Shown here in pieces: positions 1-12,432 of a stretch of DNA of 42,176 nucleotides. The first letter of the stretch is position 1; each line of letters begins with the position of its first letter. Source of the DNA: Chiloscyllium plagiosum (taxonomy: Eukaryota); assembly GCF_004010195.1 (NCBI RefSeq), contig NC_057753.1, positions 2,676,881-2,719,056 of the forward strand, written 5' to 3'. A program made the position numbers and the translations under genes. A model generated the notes under the pieces. That model searched no databases. It had not been told where the DNA came from and saw only the letters and a program-made list of their open reading frames with translations.

Positions 1-902
1 ATAATGTGCTTACCTCGGGTGGGAACGTTTGGAATCAAATTCCCACTCAGGACAACGTGACAACGGAAATAGGATCAAACATATCCACTGAGACTGATAA
101 AGAAGATTTCGTCATTATCTCGGTTTCTATAACAATATTATTCTATTGTTAATATGTCTCAATTATTAATTCATCGTGTTTCTTCTCTGTAGTTGTCAAT
201 ACAACAACAAATCTACAATTACACACTGAACAATTTGAAAACGCATCCACATCTGAAGTGAATAACAGAACAGGACGTAATTTGCTCATTGATAACAATA
301 AGTGAATTTCAGTGTGACGACGGAACTAATTTACACAGCGATAAGGTTTTCTTTAATTCATCCACGATAACACAGTCAATAGCAGAATAGAATACAATTG
401 ACGACATGATAACATGATGTGCATTCACTGCAGGAACAGGGCCAGTTGCACATGACAACTGCCTTTACCTTGTAAGGTGAAAGCACTAACCGGGAGGCAT
501 CATCTAATTAGAATATCGAAATTGCATGTGTTGCCAGAGACAGAATAATGCCAAACATCATTTCTTGGGAGAAAATGAAGAAGCCTTATGGTTTAGAATT
601 TGAAATAAACACGATAACGTGGAGAAGATACCGATTGCGTGATGCTGATAATGCCGAAATTTTTTGGAAAGGATAGAAGTGGAAGAGATCATATGGTTGC
701 AATCGCAAAGTAACGCACAGTTGATAAAAAAACAATTATCACCGTTCAACGAAATCGAGTATCCTAGTGACAGGGAAATGAGAAGATATTAAATCCGGGA
801 AAGAGTAACTGAAAAGTGGAAAAAAACAATTCGAATGCAATATATCTATCACTGCCGCGTCCCCATTGTTCATGCAGTTGCTAACAAGGTACAGCAACTT
901 AC

Positions 903-972
903 CTGGAACTCCGATTACTCCAATGATGGGATAGTAAATGGCAAACAGCAAACCTTTTGGTGCGTCGTGCAT
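903..972 (-). CDS. Exon 1 of a second, near-identical GPR139-like copy; exon 2 would lie beyond the left window edge
   Basis: Exact reverse complement of 17831-17900 with the GT donor at 902-901. It may be a paralog or an uncollapsed allele. Confidence 0.75.
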
Positions 973-1369
973 TTCTTTCTGATCCTGTGTACTCGTTCAG
1001 AATTTCAGTGTAAAATTGTTATATTTATGTCTCATTCCATGCTCCGGGGATTTCGTTAGTTCATTCAGTTTTATTAAAGTCCTTGTAATGAGCAGATCTG
1101 CGCAGCTGTTGCTCAGGTGGTGTTAATGCATTGTTGAATGAAATATTTACCTTTGTGATATTTCTAACGCGATATATACTGAGACCCAATAACATTTCTT
1201 GATAGAGACAGTAAATGTCTGGATATTGAGATAATGCTAAAGCTTTGATTTGCACAGTTACCTGCGATGATAAATGAAACTTCCATCGCAAATTCTGCAA
1301 ATTTCTGCTTCTGAACATTATTCAGGACGTGTGACCACAGAGCAAGAGCGATGCAGCTCCAACTCTGTT

Positions 1370-1830
1370 CTCTCCAGAGAAACAAAGGAATTTGAAGCAG
1401 GAACACTTTATTCGACTCTTGCAGACTTCCTTGTTTCTTGACTCCCTGGTCATCGAGAACATCCTTTCCATGTTGACCCTGTCTACTCCTGCTAAATATT
1501 CATAGATTTTTTCTGAGATTCCCACTTAATTTTCTTAGCTGCAGCATATTCAGCTCTAACTGATCGACTCTCTCTTTCTGTGACAGTCCTATCATCACAG
1601 GATTCATTCTGGCAAACAATCGTTCCGTTTGCTCCATTACCAAAATATCCTGTGGTCTCACTCAGGCCCGATGCAAAAGCCAAAAGACACTTGTGTTCTG
1701 TCCTTCCATGATGAAGTTGTTCTAGTCCAACAGTTTGATGATAACCTGCTGCTATGTTCTTTTTAATTTTGTCCACCCCAGTCCAACACAGATATGGCCA
1801 CATCATTGTATCAATTATGAATGCCAAAAT
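1370..1830 (-). mobile_element. Old CR1 LINE 3' ORF2 fragment (mirror at ~16970-17435 +; paralog at 40095-40560)
   Basis: The mirror ORF 17143 reads RQDILEMAQMERMFARMNPVMIGLSQKERLDQLEL..GVDRVNMERMF..ESRNK, a degenerate CR1 ORF2 C-terminus. Confidence 0.7.
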
Positions 1831-2819
1831 ATCATCTGCCGTACTTCACCGCCATTACACAATAGTAACAAACACCATTATCACCGCTATTTCCTGTTTC
1901 AAATTTGTGAAATTATTTTCTGCTGTATTCTTATCAAATTTTTAATTTCAGTCTTTAGGCTTCTGGAAGCAGTCAGAAGAAAATGATTATTCAATCATTA
2001 TCAGCACTTTTTAAAAGGATAAATGCAAATATATTTAAACAATTTTTAATCTGAAACCATTCATGTGGAAACACAATCGAATTTTCTCTGTTTGTTTGAT
2101 CCTTGGAGAAAATGTTTTAAGTTTCTATGATTTTTTTTTGCTCTCTTGACATTTTCGGATTCCAATTGCATAAACATTTTATTCCAAGTCCAGTTGAACA
2201 CTCAATCATCAGCCATTTTCCATAAAGTTTGCTTTTCCTGTTTGCCGCTCAAAAATATATCTCGCAATTGTATGGGTAGTATCATAACATTTGAGTGTCG
2301 TTCATGGAGACAACAGTTGAAAATAACCAAAAGGTGTTATGTCAAGGTATTGGTACTGCATATGTTATCTACCTCAGTGGTTGAGTATGTTTGATTTAGA
2401 GATCAAAAGATTTACAAATACCAATAACTACATGGAAGCCAAACCAAGTTAGGATGGTAAAGGACATTAATGAGCCCACAAAGACAGTCACCCGAGGCTG
2501 GAATCGAACCTGGGATCCTGGTGTTGTGAGGCTGCACTGCCTCAACCTGTCCAACCTGCAAACGTTACTTGGATTTAAGTAACGATTCGCTGTCATCTCG
2601 AGACACTTAATTTCTGTATTATATTGAATTCAATTTCCATTATCTGCCATGGCATATTCGAACAGGAGACCTCACCCTTGAACTAATAGTGCAGCATTAC
2701 CAGCGTTATGCCATCGCCTCCGCTCGCGCATCGATGCGGATCAACAACCGATTATGCAGCAGGAACAGGCTTAGCAGCCTGAAGTGACTTATGGCACCGT
2801 GGCTACCTTTTTGGCACTG

Positions 2820-3440
2820 TTCCTTAACGTAGCCAGGAGCATTGGTTCGGAGTCAGACCTCATGTAGATTCTGATCATACAACATTTAGAGCATTGTGAG
2901 CAATTTTGGCGCCAGACCTCAGGAAGGATGTACTGACCCTGAGCGTCCAGTAGATGTTCACAAAGAGTATCCCACGAATGGAAGGCTTAACATATAAGGA
3001 ACGTTCGTGGAGTCAGGGAGTACACTCGATGGAGTCTAGAAGGATGAAGAGGAGTCTAATTGATACTTGCAGAATACTGACTGGCCTGGACAGAGCGGTC
3101 CGTGGGAGGAGGGTTCCATTGGTAGGAGAGAGGAGGACCCAAGGGCACTCCATTAGATTAAAAGTAAGACCCTTAAGAATGCAGATAAGGCGAATCTTCT
3201 TCAGTGCGGGAGTGGTAAATCTATAAAATTCATTGCCACAGAAAGCTGTGGAGCCAATCTCCTTGAGCATAAACTAAACAGGGATAGATATGATCTTGAT
3301 TGCGAAAGGCAACGGAGGTGAAGTGAAAAAAAAACATGAAAATGGGTTTAAAAATCCTATCAATCTTAATCGAATGGTGGAGCAGACTCGATGGACTGAG
3401 TGGTCTAATTTCTGCTTCTACGTCTTACACTCCTATGGAA
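2820..3440 (+). mobile_element. CR1 LINE 3' fragment (mirror at ~15357-15960 -)
   Basis: ORF 2954 reads FTKSIPRMEGLTYKER..RRMKRSLIDTCRIL.GLDR..RTQGHS..RRIFFS..VVNL, followed by a CR1-type 3' UTR. Confidence 0.85.
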
Positions 3441-3445
3441 TCGTC

Positions 3446-3680
3446 CCTTGGGCGACTGTCTGTGTGGAGTTTGCACATTATATCCGTGTCTGCGTGGTTA
3501 CCTTGCGGCCCTCTGGTTTTCCTCCCACAGCCCAAATATGTGCAGGCAAGGTGGATTGGCCATGGGAAATGCAAGAAAACGATTGTGGTTGTGTCTGGGT
3601 GCGATGCTGGTCGGTGGTTTGTTTTGGACTCGATTGTCTGAATGATCGACTTTCACAGCAGAATTTTAAGTGTGATTAGC
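3446..3680 (+). mobile_element. 5'-truncated HE1/V-SINE-type SINE (mirror at 15117-15350 -; paralog at 41510-41730)
   Basis: V-domain-like core ggcgactgtctgtgtggagtttgcac...ggttttcctcccacag...gtgcagg..ggtggattggccatg. Confidence 0.75.
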
Positions 3681-4229
3681 TTCTCATCAATATTTCATTC
3701 ATGCAAACGAATTTTCAAAAATATACGCTGTCACGTGACAGCACAACCCCCTTGCGGCAACAAACAACGGCAATTTTACTTTGATAGAATGCCTTGTTCA
3801 TCTTCAGGCTGTCCAAAGTGAGTCAAAGAAACAGTTGGAGGCACTGGACAATGAAAATCCTGAGTAACGCTGACAAGATTACGGTAATTATTATGAAGAT
3901 TTGTGCTCCAGAATTGTCTCACTCTTCGCCAAGTTATTGTTTAAGCACAACACAGACATATCCACGATAATTTGGCAATTTACCCAGATATGCCCAGCGC
4001 TCTAAAAGCAGGCCAAATAACATTTGACCAATTACCATCCCATAGTCAGTCTGTTGTGTCACCATAGTATTAGAAGACCGTAGAGGCTGCTGTCTCATGA
4101 GAGAGATAAGAGACTGGTAGTGATTTAACATGAAGGCCACCAGAACTCACGCAAGCGAGGAAGTTGAGAAGAACAGCACTTCATATTAACCTCAAACTGG
4201 AGATGGGAATTGAACCCGTGCTGTTGGCA

Positions 4230-4729
4230 NNNNNNNNNNNNNNNNNNNNNNNNNNNNNNNNNNNNNNNNNNNNNNNNNNNNNNNNNNNNNNNNNNNNNNN
4301 NNNNNNNNNNNNNNNNNNNNNNNNNNNNNNNNNNNNNNNNNNNNNNNNNNNNNNNNNNNNNNNNNNNNNNNNNNNNNNNNNNNNNNNNNNNNNNNNNNNN
4401 NNNNNNNNNNNNNNNNNNNNNNNNNNNNNNNNNNNNNNNNNNNNNNNNNNNNNNNNNNNNNNNNNNNNNNNNNNNNNNNNNNNNNNNNNNNNNNNNNNNN
4501 NNNNNNNNNNNNNNNNNNNNNNNNNNNNNNNNNNNNNNNNNNNNNNNNNNNNNNNNNNNNNNNNNNNNNNNNNNNNNNNNNNNNNNNNNNNNNNNNNNNN
4601 NNNNNNNNNNNNNNNNNNNNNNNNNNNNNNNNNNNNNNNNNNNNNNNNNNNNNNNNNNNNNNNNNNNNNNNNNNNNNNNNNNNNNNNNNNNNNNNNNNNN
4701 NNNNNNNNNNNNNNNNNNNNNNNNNNNNN
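4230..4729. other. Assembly gap (500 N)
   Basis: Run of exactly 500 N. Confidence 1.
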
Positions 4730-5421
4730 TCAGTTATGTAGAGTGAGGTTATAGTGTCCAGTGAAGAGTGGAGAAGTTGTAGTAGGAGTACTCGGCAAAC
4801 TCTCAGCTCCAACAATTTTTCCTTACTAATGATACGGCTGGTTCACGGGTAGGAATGTTGTCTCCTCTGCTTGAAACGCCAGTGGAAACTCAGGCAACTG
4901 AACTATTGCAGTAAGTGTAAGCTGGGACGTTTCCTGACTGTGTGGTAACAAGGTCACAAAGTGACCAGTTGAAATAGCAGAAATCAGAAAGCACAAATAA
5001 GAAAGTTGAAGTGGAATTAGTAGAGACTCTGTTTGATCAAGTGGTTGAGACAAACTAGGAGAAGATTGATGACAAAGTGGACATCTTTAGTGCAGAGAAA
5101 TTAACTGTGTTACAGCAGAAATATGAAAACCTAACGCAATTCTTTCAAAAAGCAGACACAGAGAAAGAATCTGGATGTATTCCTGAGGACTACTACCTTA
5201 CAACTGATGCATTAATGAGGAAATGGTGATGATCATATATTCAGGCAGATGTGAAATGGGCAGATGTTCATAAAGTCCTATTACAAGTGAGTTAAAGAAA
5301 TGAGTTGTTTCGGGTTCACATGAATTAAAACTCGGAGTTCATTTACAGTTAAAAAAACTCAAACTAAAACATTTTTAAAAACTGGCATGGACTACATAAG
5401 GACATAGTTGAATTTTGCCAG

Positions 5422-6039
5422 TGTCACAAAACTAGTCCTTTCTTTTGTAAAACCTGTTCCTTGGCTCTAGGATATTCCGTCCTTGGTTTTATTTTAGAGG
5501 GGCTTTAAACCGGGCCGAGCTTCAATCAATCTGGTTTGGTAGAGAGTTGAAAAAGATTTTGAGAGGCCTTTTGTCTATTTGTAAACAGATGAGACGTCAG
5601 GCCAAAGTGGTCGTGTTTTCGAAGTGATCTTTATAAAGAGAAGGGAGTGGTCAGCTCTCTAGCTGAGCTGAGCATTTTTAGTCCAGTCTTGAATTGGTTG
5701 GAAGTTCAACAGGGAGCTGTGTGAAAACTCTCTCTCTCTCTTTCTGTATTCCATTTGTACTGGTTTTTAAAGTGAGTTTGTTTATTGGGACTGTTGTGTG
5801 TATTTGGAAGAGCATCATTAGCTCCAGTTGGATAGTTGAGTTCTGCAAGGGTTCTTTATTCTTTGTGTTTAATTATGTTATTTTGAGAATAATGTTTTGT
5901 CTGTTTCAAAATCGAGTAGTCAACCTCCCTAACTTAATGCGGGTAATATTCTCTGTACACTTATCAAAACAAATTGCAAAGTTATGTTCTGAGCTGCCGG
6001 CTTCAGGACATTTTGAGTGGTCTGCCTTCGTCCATAACA
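5422..6039 (+). mobile_element. Solo LTR (618 bp) inserted in the integrase zinc finger of the Gypsy element
   Basis: TGTCAC...ATAACA termini with flanking 4-mers CCAG (5418-5421) and CTAG (6040-6043). Removing the insert restores DIVEFCQ-TCHTCQ. Confidence 0.8.
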
Positions 6040-6650
6040 CTAGACATGTCATACATGTCAGCCAGTTAGAAAATCATAGACAGTAATAAAACTCGCACCT
6101 TTAATACCTATTTATGCATTTGTGAAAGCTTTTATAAGAGTCTTAGTTGATTGCATGGAAATCTACCTAAAATGAAAAGTGAGAAACAGTATTTGTCAAT
6201 AATAATGGATGCGTCCCGAGTCCATTTCGTTATGCAATATCATAGTATTAAAGGTTGTGGACGAGTTAGTCAAATCTTTGACGAGGTATGGACTTTCCAC
6301 AGAGATGAAATCGGATCAAGCAACTAACTTTGCATTAAAAGTATTCAATGAAATTATGGACAACTGTGAAATAAAACAATTCAAATCTACTGCATATCTT
6401 CCAGAATCGCAGCCGGGTCTAGAAAAGTGGCATCGGACACTGATGACCGTATTGGCAGCTTAGAGTCAAGACTATTCAGATAATTGGATAAAAGAAGTCC
6501 GTTTGCACTTTCTGCCATCAGAGATGCCCCAAATGAATCGACTAAATTCAATTAATTCGAATTCGTTTTTGGGCATGAAGTGGGAGGACCGTTAAAATTG
6601 ATTAAGGAGAAATCGGTAAGTAATAATTCGGAAATCAGATATTTGAGATT

Positions 6651-6800
6651 AGTAAAAGGTAAAAGCCAGGTTCTAGATTAGAGTGGTGCTGGAAATGCAG
6701 AGCAATTCAGGCAGCATCCGAGGAGCAGTAAAATCGACGTTTCGGGCAAAAGCCCTTCATCCGGAATACAGACAGAGTGCCTGAAGGGTGGAGAGATAAT
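6651..6800 (-). mobile_element. Short non-autonomous element of the hammerhead-bearing fold-back family (one arm), inserted in the Gypsy integrase
   Basis: gagtggtgctggaaa..caggcagcatccgaggagcag.aaaatcgacgtttcgggcaaaagcccttcatc is homologous to the arms at 26886, 28705 and 40379. Confidence 0.75.
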
Positions 6801-9589
6801 TTAAGCTTCGTGTCAGAGTTTAGGGGACAGTTCAATAAAGCCAGCGAGTTGGCTTGACATTATGTAAAACGTATTAAAACATATGATGAGACGGGAAACA
6901 GACAAGAAATAAAAAAAACTCTCAATTTTGCTATCAGAGGCAAAGTGGTAGCGTTACTTCTAGTGGTCGTTGAACCTTGAAAACCAAGGTTTAGTGGACC
7001 GTATCAAGTCGAAAGGAGGTTGAGTGAATGAACTAATTGACATGGATTCCAGATAAAAAGAAATCTCACAGTGTGTCATGCGAATATGCTCAAATGGCAT
7101 TTTAACAGGCAAGGAAATTCAAATGACACTTGGTAATTGGTTACAACACAGAGGGAAGAACCAAGTTCTGAATTGGACTGTCCTCAAATTAAATTGGATA
7201 ATGAGGAAGTTGTGCAAAATTGGGATAAATTACTGAGGTACCTTCCAGAGGAAAATCGAAACGACCTGAAAGAATTAGTGCTATCGCATGGGGAGATATG
7301 TGGAAATAAGATGGAATGTATTAATTTAATTATGCATGGTGTAAATACAGGAGATGAGGGTTCCAATTAAGCAACATCCATAGAGGCATAACCCTCTAAA
7401 GTTGGTACAGGTTCAAAAGGACATTGAGCGCATGCCCCAAGACAACATCATTGAAGTGAGTTACAGTGACTGGAGCTCACTCACAGCAATGATGCCAAAA
7501 CCAGGTGGCCCCCAACGGTTATGTGTGGACTATCGCAAAGTGCATGCAGTTCAAACGACTCATGCATGTCCGCTTTAACGTTTGGAAGATGGTCTTCAAC
7601 AGGTGGGACAAGGAACTTATATTTGAAAGTTGAACTGGCTGAGAGGATAATGTCAAGTATCTTTCTCCGAAAGAGTGAAGACTATTTCGAATTTTGTAAC
7701 GACCAATGGAGTGTATCAATTTAAAGTCATGCCATTTGGTATGAAAAATGTGCCAACCACATTTCAAATACTTACCAATAAACTCTTTTTCGGATTGCTA
7801 AGTTCTATAGTTTATATTGGTCATCTGATAATTTTTAGGAAGGAACATTTGCAACGTTTGTCAGACTTGTTCAATCGGTTTGGGAGGCAGGGCTGGTGAT
7901 CAATCTGGCTAAGGGTGAATTTCCCAAAACCCAAGTCACCTTCCTGAGCCATGTTATTGGAAATGGACAAATGACCCCATGAAACGCAAAAGTAAAGGTT
8001 ATTAGGGAGTTTCCCATCCCATCGACAAAAAGAGCAGTACTACGATTCCTGTAATTACGTGAATTTTATCAAAACTACGTACCAAGTTTTACCAGTGTGT
8101 CTGCTCCACTCACTGAACTTATAATGAAAGACAAGAAGCTGAAGTGGACAGCGGACTGTCAGAAGTTTCCTGAAAGCTGTGTTAACCAGTTGTCATGGAG
8201 CCTGTGAGATTAGTGTCATTTGACAACATTTTAACGTTTATGTTAGCAGTCGTATATCTGAGACAACCACATACACTGATCATAACCCATTGACGTTTGT
8301 GGAGAAATTTAAGTGCAAAGCTTCCAGATTATTTAGATGGAGCGTTTTGTCACAACCATTCAATTTGAAAATTGTGTATGTGACAGGACGAGCAAACGTG
8401 ATTGCTGAATGATACGAGTCTTGACTGATCCATAATACCAGTTAAGAATCATTTTCTGAAGCTTGGAATATTTCTCTGAACTGTAGCAGCTTCTACACAC
8501 ATCTAAATCAGCAGCTTCTCACAATTGCAACGAAAATGAAGCGGAAAAAAATACATGAACTGAGTGAATGGGCCACTCGTCTGACATTGATGACGAAAGG
8601 ACACATTCGGTAGCAGCAGTAAACGGACTGCAGTAGAATGTAGCAGTGCATGTTTGCATGCTGATAGTCAATGTAATGTATATATGTATATATGTGTTGT
8701 CGCATACTAATAGGTTAAGATGTTTGAAAATGAAGCCACCTTTGGATATTGGTGGTTCATTCTTTTCAACGGGTTAGATGTGAGGATGTTGCTCCTTTAA
8801 CAAAGTTAAGTTGTCTTTGTAATTTTTTGGAGGTATGGTTAGGGCAGAGGTTCTAATATGTTTGGAAGTATTTTTAAAAATCTTTAAAATCTTTCTTTTA
8901 AAACACTTGTACAATGAAAGGGGAGTTAACAGTTCTCCCATGTCAAGGTTTAGTTCTGTTTGGTTTTAGCAAACAGTCAGTTTTTGATGCTGTTGATCAA
9001 AGAAACAGCTCTAAAATGATGTTTGTTCATATTGCACAATAACCAAACAAATCTATGCAAGTATCACTCACATTCAGCTGGGCGCCACGAAAGCTTTAGG
9101 CAGTTATTTTGTTCTCTGTTACGCACTCATAGAGTCATAAAGTCATAGACGTTTACAGCACAGAAACAGACCCATCGGTCAAACTCGTCAGTACCACATC
9201 AATTCCTTAGGTCCAGCCTTGCACAGTCGATTTTTTTTTTTTGACATCTTGAAAGTCAAATTGTACTCATTTCTGAGCTTAAAGGTTCAAAGTGAAACTT
9301 TAGTGCAATTATGCCATTCTTGGGCCAATGTTTGTGATCGAGACTCAATGTGTTTTATTATTTCAATCAGGAAACGGTTCAAGTTTGTTTCGAAAAAAGA
9401 TGCATAAAGTGTGGTGCATAAATGGAATGAGTTGCCACAATACGTGGTGCAATGGACAAAAATTGCAAAATTTAAAACGCATTTGAACAGTAACATGGAT
9501 AGGAAACATGTCGAGGGCAATTGGAGGCAAATGGATGAGCCTAGTTTTGGAAACCTGGCCAGCACGGATGAGTTCAGCCATGGTGAAAG

Positions 9590-10395
9590 CAAATTCCACA
9601 GATTCATAACCCTTTGGGAGATGTAGTTTCTCCTCAACTCTCTTTTAACTTTGCTACCCATTACCCTAAGACTATGACCTCTCATGCCACAATGCCCAAC
9701 AAGATGAACCATCCGCTCCACACCAATTTCATCCATAGCTTTTCCCATCTTGAATGTTTCAATTTGATCTCCACTCATTTTTTTTTCTAAATTCCACATA
9801 GTAGAGCCAAACATTGTACATTGTTTCTTCATATGACAACCCACCTCCACCCCCCATCGCTGCGTTCAATCTAGTGAACCACCTCTGAACGATCTCCAAG
9901 ACTACTAGAGCCTTTGGGGACGTCACGGTGACTCAGTGGTTAGCACTACGGCCTGACAGCACGAGAGATCCAGGCTCGGTTCCAACCTCGGGCGACTGTC
10001 TGTGTGGAATTTGCCCGTTCTCCCACGTATCTGCGTGGGTTTCATCTGGGTGCTCCGTTTTCCCCCCAAAATCTGAAGACGTGCAGGTTAGGTGAATTGG
10101 CCATGCCAAATTTCCCACGGTGTTGAGGAATGTGTAGGTGAGGTGTATAAGTCAAGGATAAATATAGGATAATAGGGATAGTGGAATGGGTCTGGATGGG
10201 TTCGTCTTCGGAGTGTCGGAGTGGACTTGTTGACCTGAAGGGCCTGTTTCCATGCTGTAGGGATTCTATGATTCAGAATCAGATCTTTCCTCAAATACGG
10301 GGTCAAAACTGTGCACAATACTCCAGGTGCAATCTCACCAATATCTTGTATAGTTGCAACAATACTTTCTTACTTCATATTATATTCCTTTAGAA
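9590..10395 (-). mobile_element. CR1 LINE 3' fragment interrupted by a SINE
   Basis: ORF 9287 (-) reads GDQIETFKM..MRGHSLRVMG..ELRRNYISQRVMNLWN. The element resumes after the SINE with an LVRLHLEYCAQF-like sequence at 10290-10390. Confidence 0.8.
9916..10274 (+). mobile_element. Full-length tRNA-derived HE1/V-SINE-type SINE
   Basis: A box tgactcagtgg, B box ggttccaacc, V-domain core, and a CR1-like tail gggcctgtttccatgctgtagggattctatgattc. Confidence 0.88.
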
Positions 10396-10539
10396 TTATC
10401 AATTTGGGAGTGCCGTGCTGTGCAGCATTATAACCACACAAGCGACAGGCAATGATCATCTACAAAGAAAATTAAATCTAACCACTTCCAGTTGTCACTC
10501 AATTGAATTACCATTGCTGAATGCGCTATTATCAGCTAG

Positions 10540-11110
10540 ATGGAGATTATCATGGACGAATACGTTAAATGGTAAGTCATAGTGTGGCAATTATGTGAAG
10601 TGTATTTCATCGCTTGAATTACAAACGTCTTCCAGCATTTAAAAGACATCAATGAGGAGTGGGACAGACTGCCCTCTACTTTCTTGGGTGGATGCAACTC
10701 TAACAATATTCCAAAGGCTTTAATTTTCAGAACAAGACAGCCCACGTGATGGGAAACCCATCCAATACTGTCACATAGTGACAGCAATCAGAATTATTTA
10801 TAATACACACTGTACTAACTCACTAGGTTCCTTCCATAGTAACTTCCAAACCATTAACCCCAACACTTAGATGGATAGAGCAGAGAATTTACTGGAAGAT
10901 TTACCATCACACACAAGCTCGCCTCCAAGACATGCACAATCCTTATTTCAAACCATGACAGCATTTCTATTCAGTAGCTACATCAAAATCTTGATACCCC
11001 TTCGTTAAGGCTCTGTCGAGTTACATCTATCCCTAGACTATAGAGCTTCAAATCATTCTCAAGGAATAATGGGGATCGAGAATAGATATAAGGTCAACCA
11101 GCGAATATCA
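10540..11110 (+). mobile_element. Highly decayed LINE 3' end (CR1/L2 group)
   Basis: Degenerate RT C-terminal and 3' UTR-like sequence (ttgggtggatgcaactctaacaatatt..caagacagcccacgtgatgggaaac). Confidence 0.45.
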
Positions 11111-11660
11111 CCTTGCCATGAAGGAATGCAATAGCGAATTATAGGTGACAGGAAGAAGGTATCGAGAACTGATTGAAAAGCATATTAGTCATAATCTAAT
11201 TGTGGAGCAGACTGAATAGCTGAATTGTCTAATTCTATTCCTATATCCTATGATCTTATAGTCTAATAATTAGTAGAGCCTTTACAGGTAAACGGATGGA
11301 ATGCCTTCCTCCATATGACAAGATTCTTTGAATCTACTTGACTCGGCAAAAAAATAACTCTGCACACTTTAATCGAAGTGCAGAATCCTAGTATTCAGCA
11401 CTCCGTCCACATCACAACTTATATGAAAATGATCTGACGAATTTGATGGAAAGATTGACTTGGATATTATCAGAAATTGAAGTTTATTGTAAAATGCAAT
11501 AAGTTAGTGCCACACTGCGTCATTTTAAGCATTTCACCTATGTGCAGTTTAGTGAATTTGCCCTCTAAGTTCTGTCTAGTCGGCTCACGACAAAGCATTC
11601 TATTTTATTCTATTCTATTTTTGCCTGTGAAATTCAAAACAATATTGCAACGATGATGCA

Positions 11661-12432
11661 TTCTGTTGATCTGTTGGCCAAGCTAGTAGGTTTGTTGGCA
11701 GCTGTTTCGTCCCCTTCCTAAGTGACATCATCAGTGCAGTTCACTCTCAAATTATGTGATTCTGTTTGACCTGTTTCCGGTTGGTGCCGGTTCTGGTATT
11801 TTCCATTGCAGTGATCTGTATATGGGGTCCAGGGAGATGTGTTTGTTGATGGATGAGTACCATGCTTCCAGGAATGCCATTGCTTTTCTTTGTTTAAATT
11901 ATTCTAGTATTGTTGCGTTCTCTCAGTCAAGCTCTTGGTTCGTTTTGGCCGCTTGTATGAATACCAGGGAGACTTTGTCGTGTCGCTTAGTTGCTAATTG
12001 GTGCTCATGGATGCGTTTCACTAGCTGTCTGCATCTTTGTCTTACATAGTGCTTAGTCACTGTGTGGTATTTTGTAAAGTACGTATGTCCCGCACATAGT
12101 GGGAATCCGTACAGGGACAGGCTAAACAAAGAACAGCATACGAATTCTTGGAAGCATGGTACTCATCTTTGGACTGCATCAACGAATACATTGAGCTCGA
12201 CCCTACAGACAAACCTCTGCAATGGAAAAAAAAACAAAACTGACGCCAACCAGCAACAGCACAACCAGAATAGCATAAAACAGCAAAGGCGCGTTTCACA
12301 GTTGGAAACACAGTACTGATTATGTCACCTGGACAGGGGAGGAAACTTCTGTCAACACAGCCACCAGCTCGGCGAAAAGACCAACAACGAATTCAATCAG
12401 CTCCTGAGCTACATAATTTCACAAACACTTGA
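11661..12432. mobile_element. Old Penelope-like element with inverted (tail-out) arms
   Basis: The minus strand reads TKHYVRQRCRQLVKRIHEHQLATKRHDKVSLV (GIY-YIG region); the plus arm is 12100-12430. It is homologous to the element at 22200-23285 and absent from the paralogous site at ~39100-39150. Confidence 0.82.

Larger units (their letters stand above)
1..4229 (-). repeat. Inverted segmental duplication: reverse complement of 14551..18802
   Basis: Base 1 pairs with 18802 and 4229 pairs with 14551. Mirrored ORFs: 558/18054, 739/17831, 835/17744, 2954/15567, 4164/14368. The copy ends at the assembly gap. Confidence 0.97.
4731..9016 (+). mobile_element. Decayed Gmr1-like Ty3/Gypsy LTR retrotransposon (protease end, integrase, RT, RNase H, PPT, truncated 3' LTR from 8779)
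   Basis: Protease C-terminus and VVTRS linker (4731-4960); integrase zinc finger FCQ|TCHTCQ; core YGL.TEMKSDQATNF..STAYLPESQ..LEKWH (6209-6463); GPY motif (~6995); RT IKQHP, DWSS..PKP..RLCVDYRK and VMPFGMKN (7366-7900); RNase H TDHNPL..RLFRW..NVIAE (8270-8410). Many stops and frameshifts. Confidence 0.9.

Noticed and set aside
4164..4815. Long ORFs of 178-207 aa (also those at 39447-40136)
   Set aside because: Artefacts of translating the 500-N gaps.
6732..6767. Active hammerheads in other copies (6732-6767 -, 23177-23216 +, 28705 and 40379 elements)
   Set aside because: The core is mutated (CGGAUGA, CUGAGAA) or deleted, so these are kept only as family evidence.
9916..9990. tRNA gene (A and B boxes; also at 14509-14580)
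   Set aside because: No convincing cloverleaf, and the sequence continues into a SINE body and tail. These are SINE heads.
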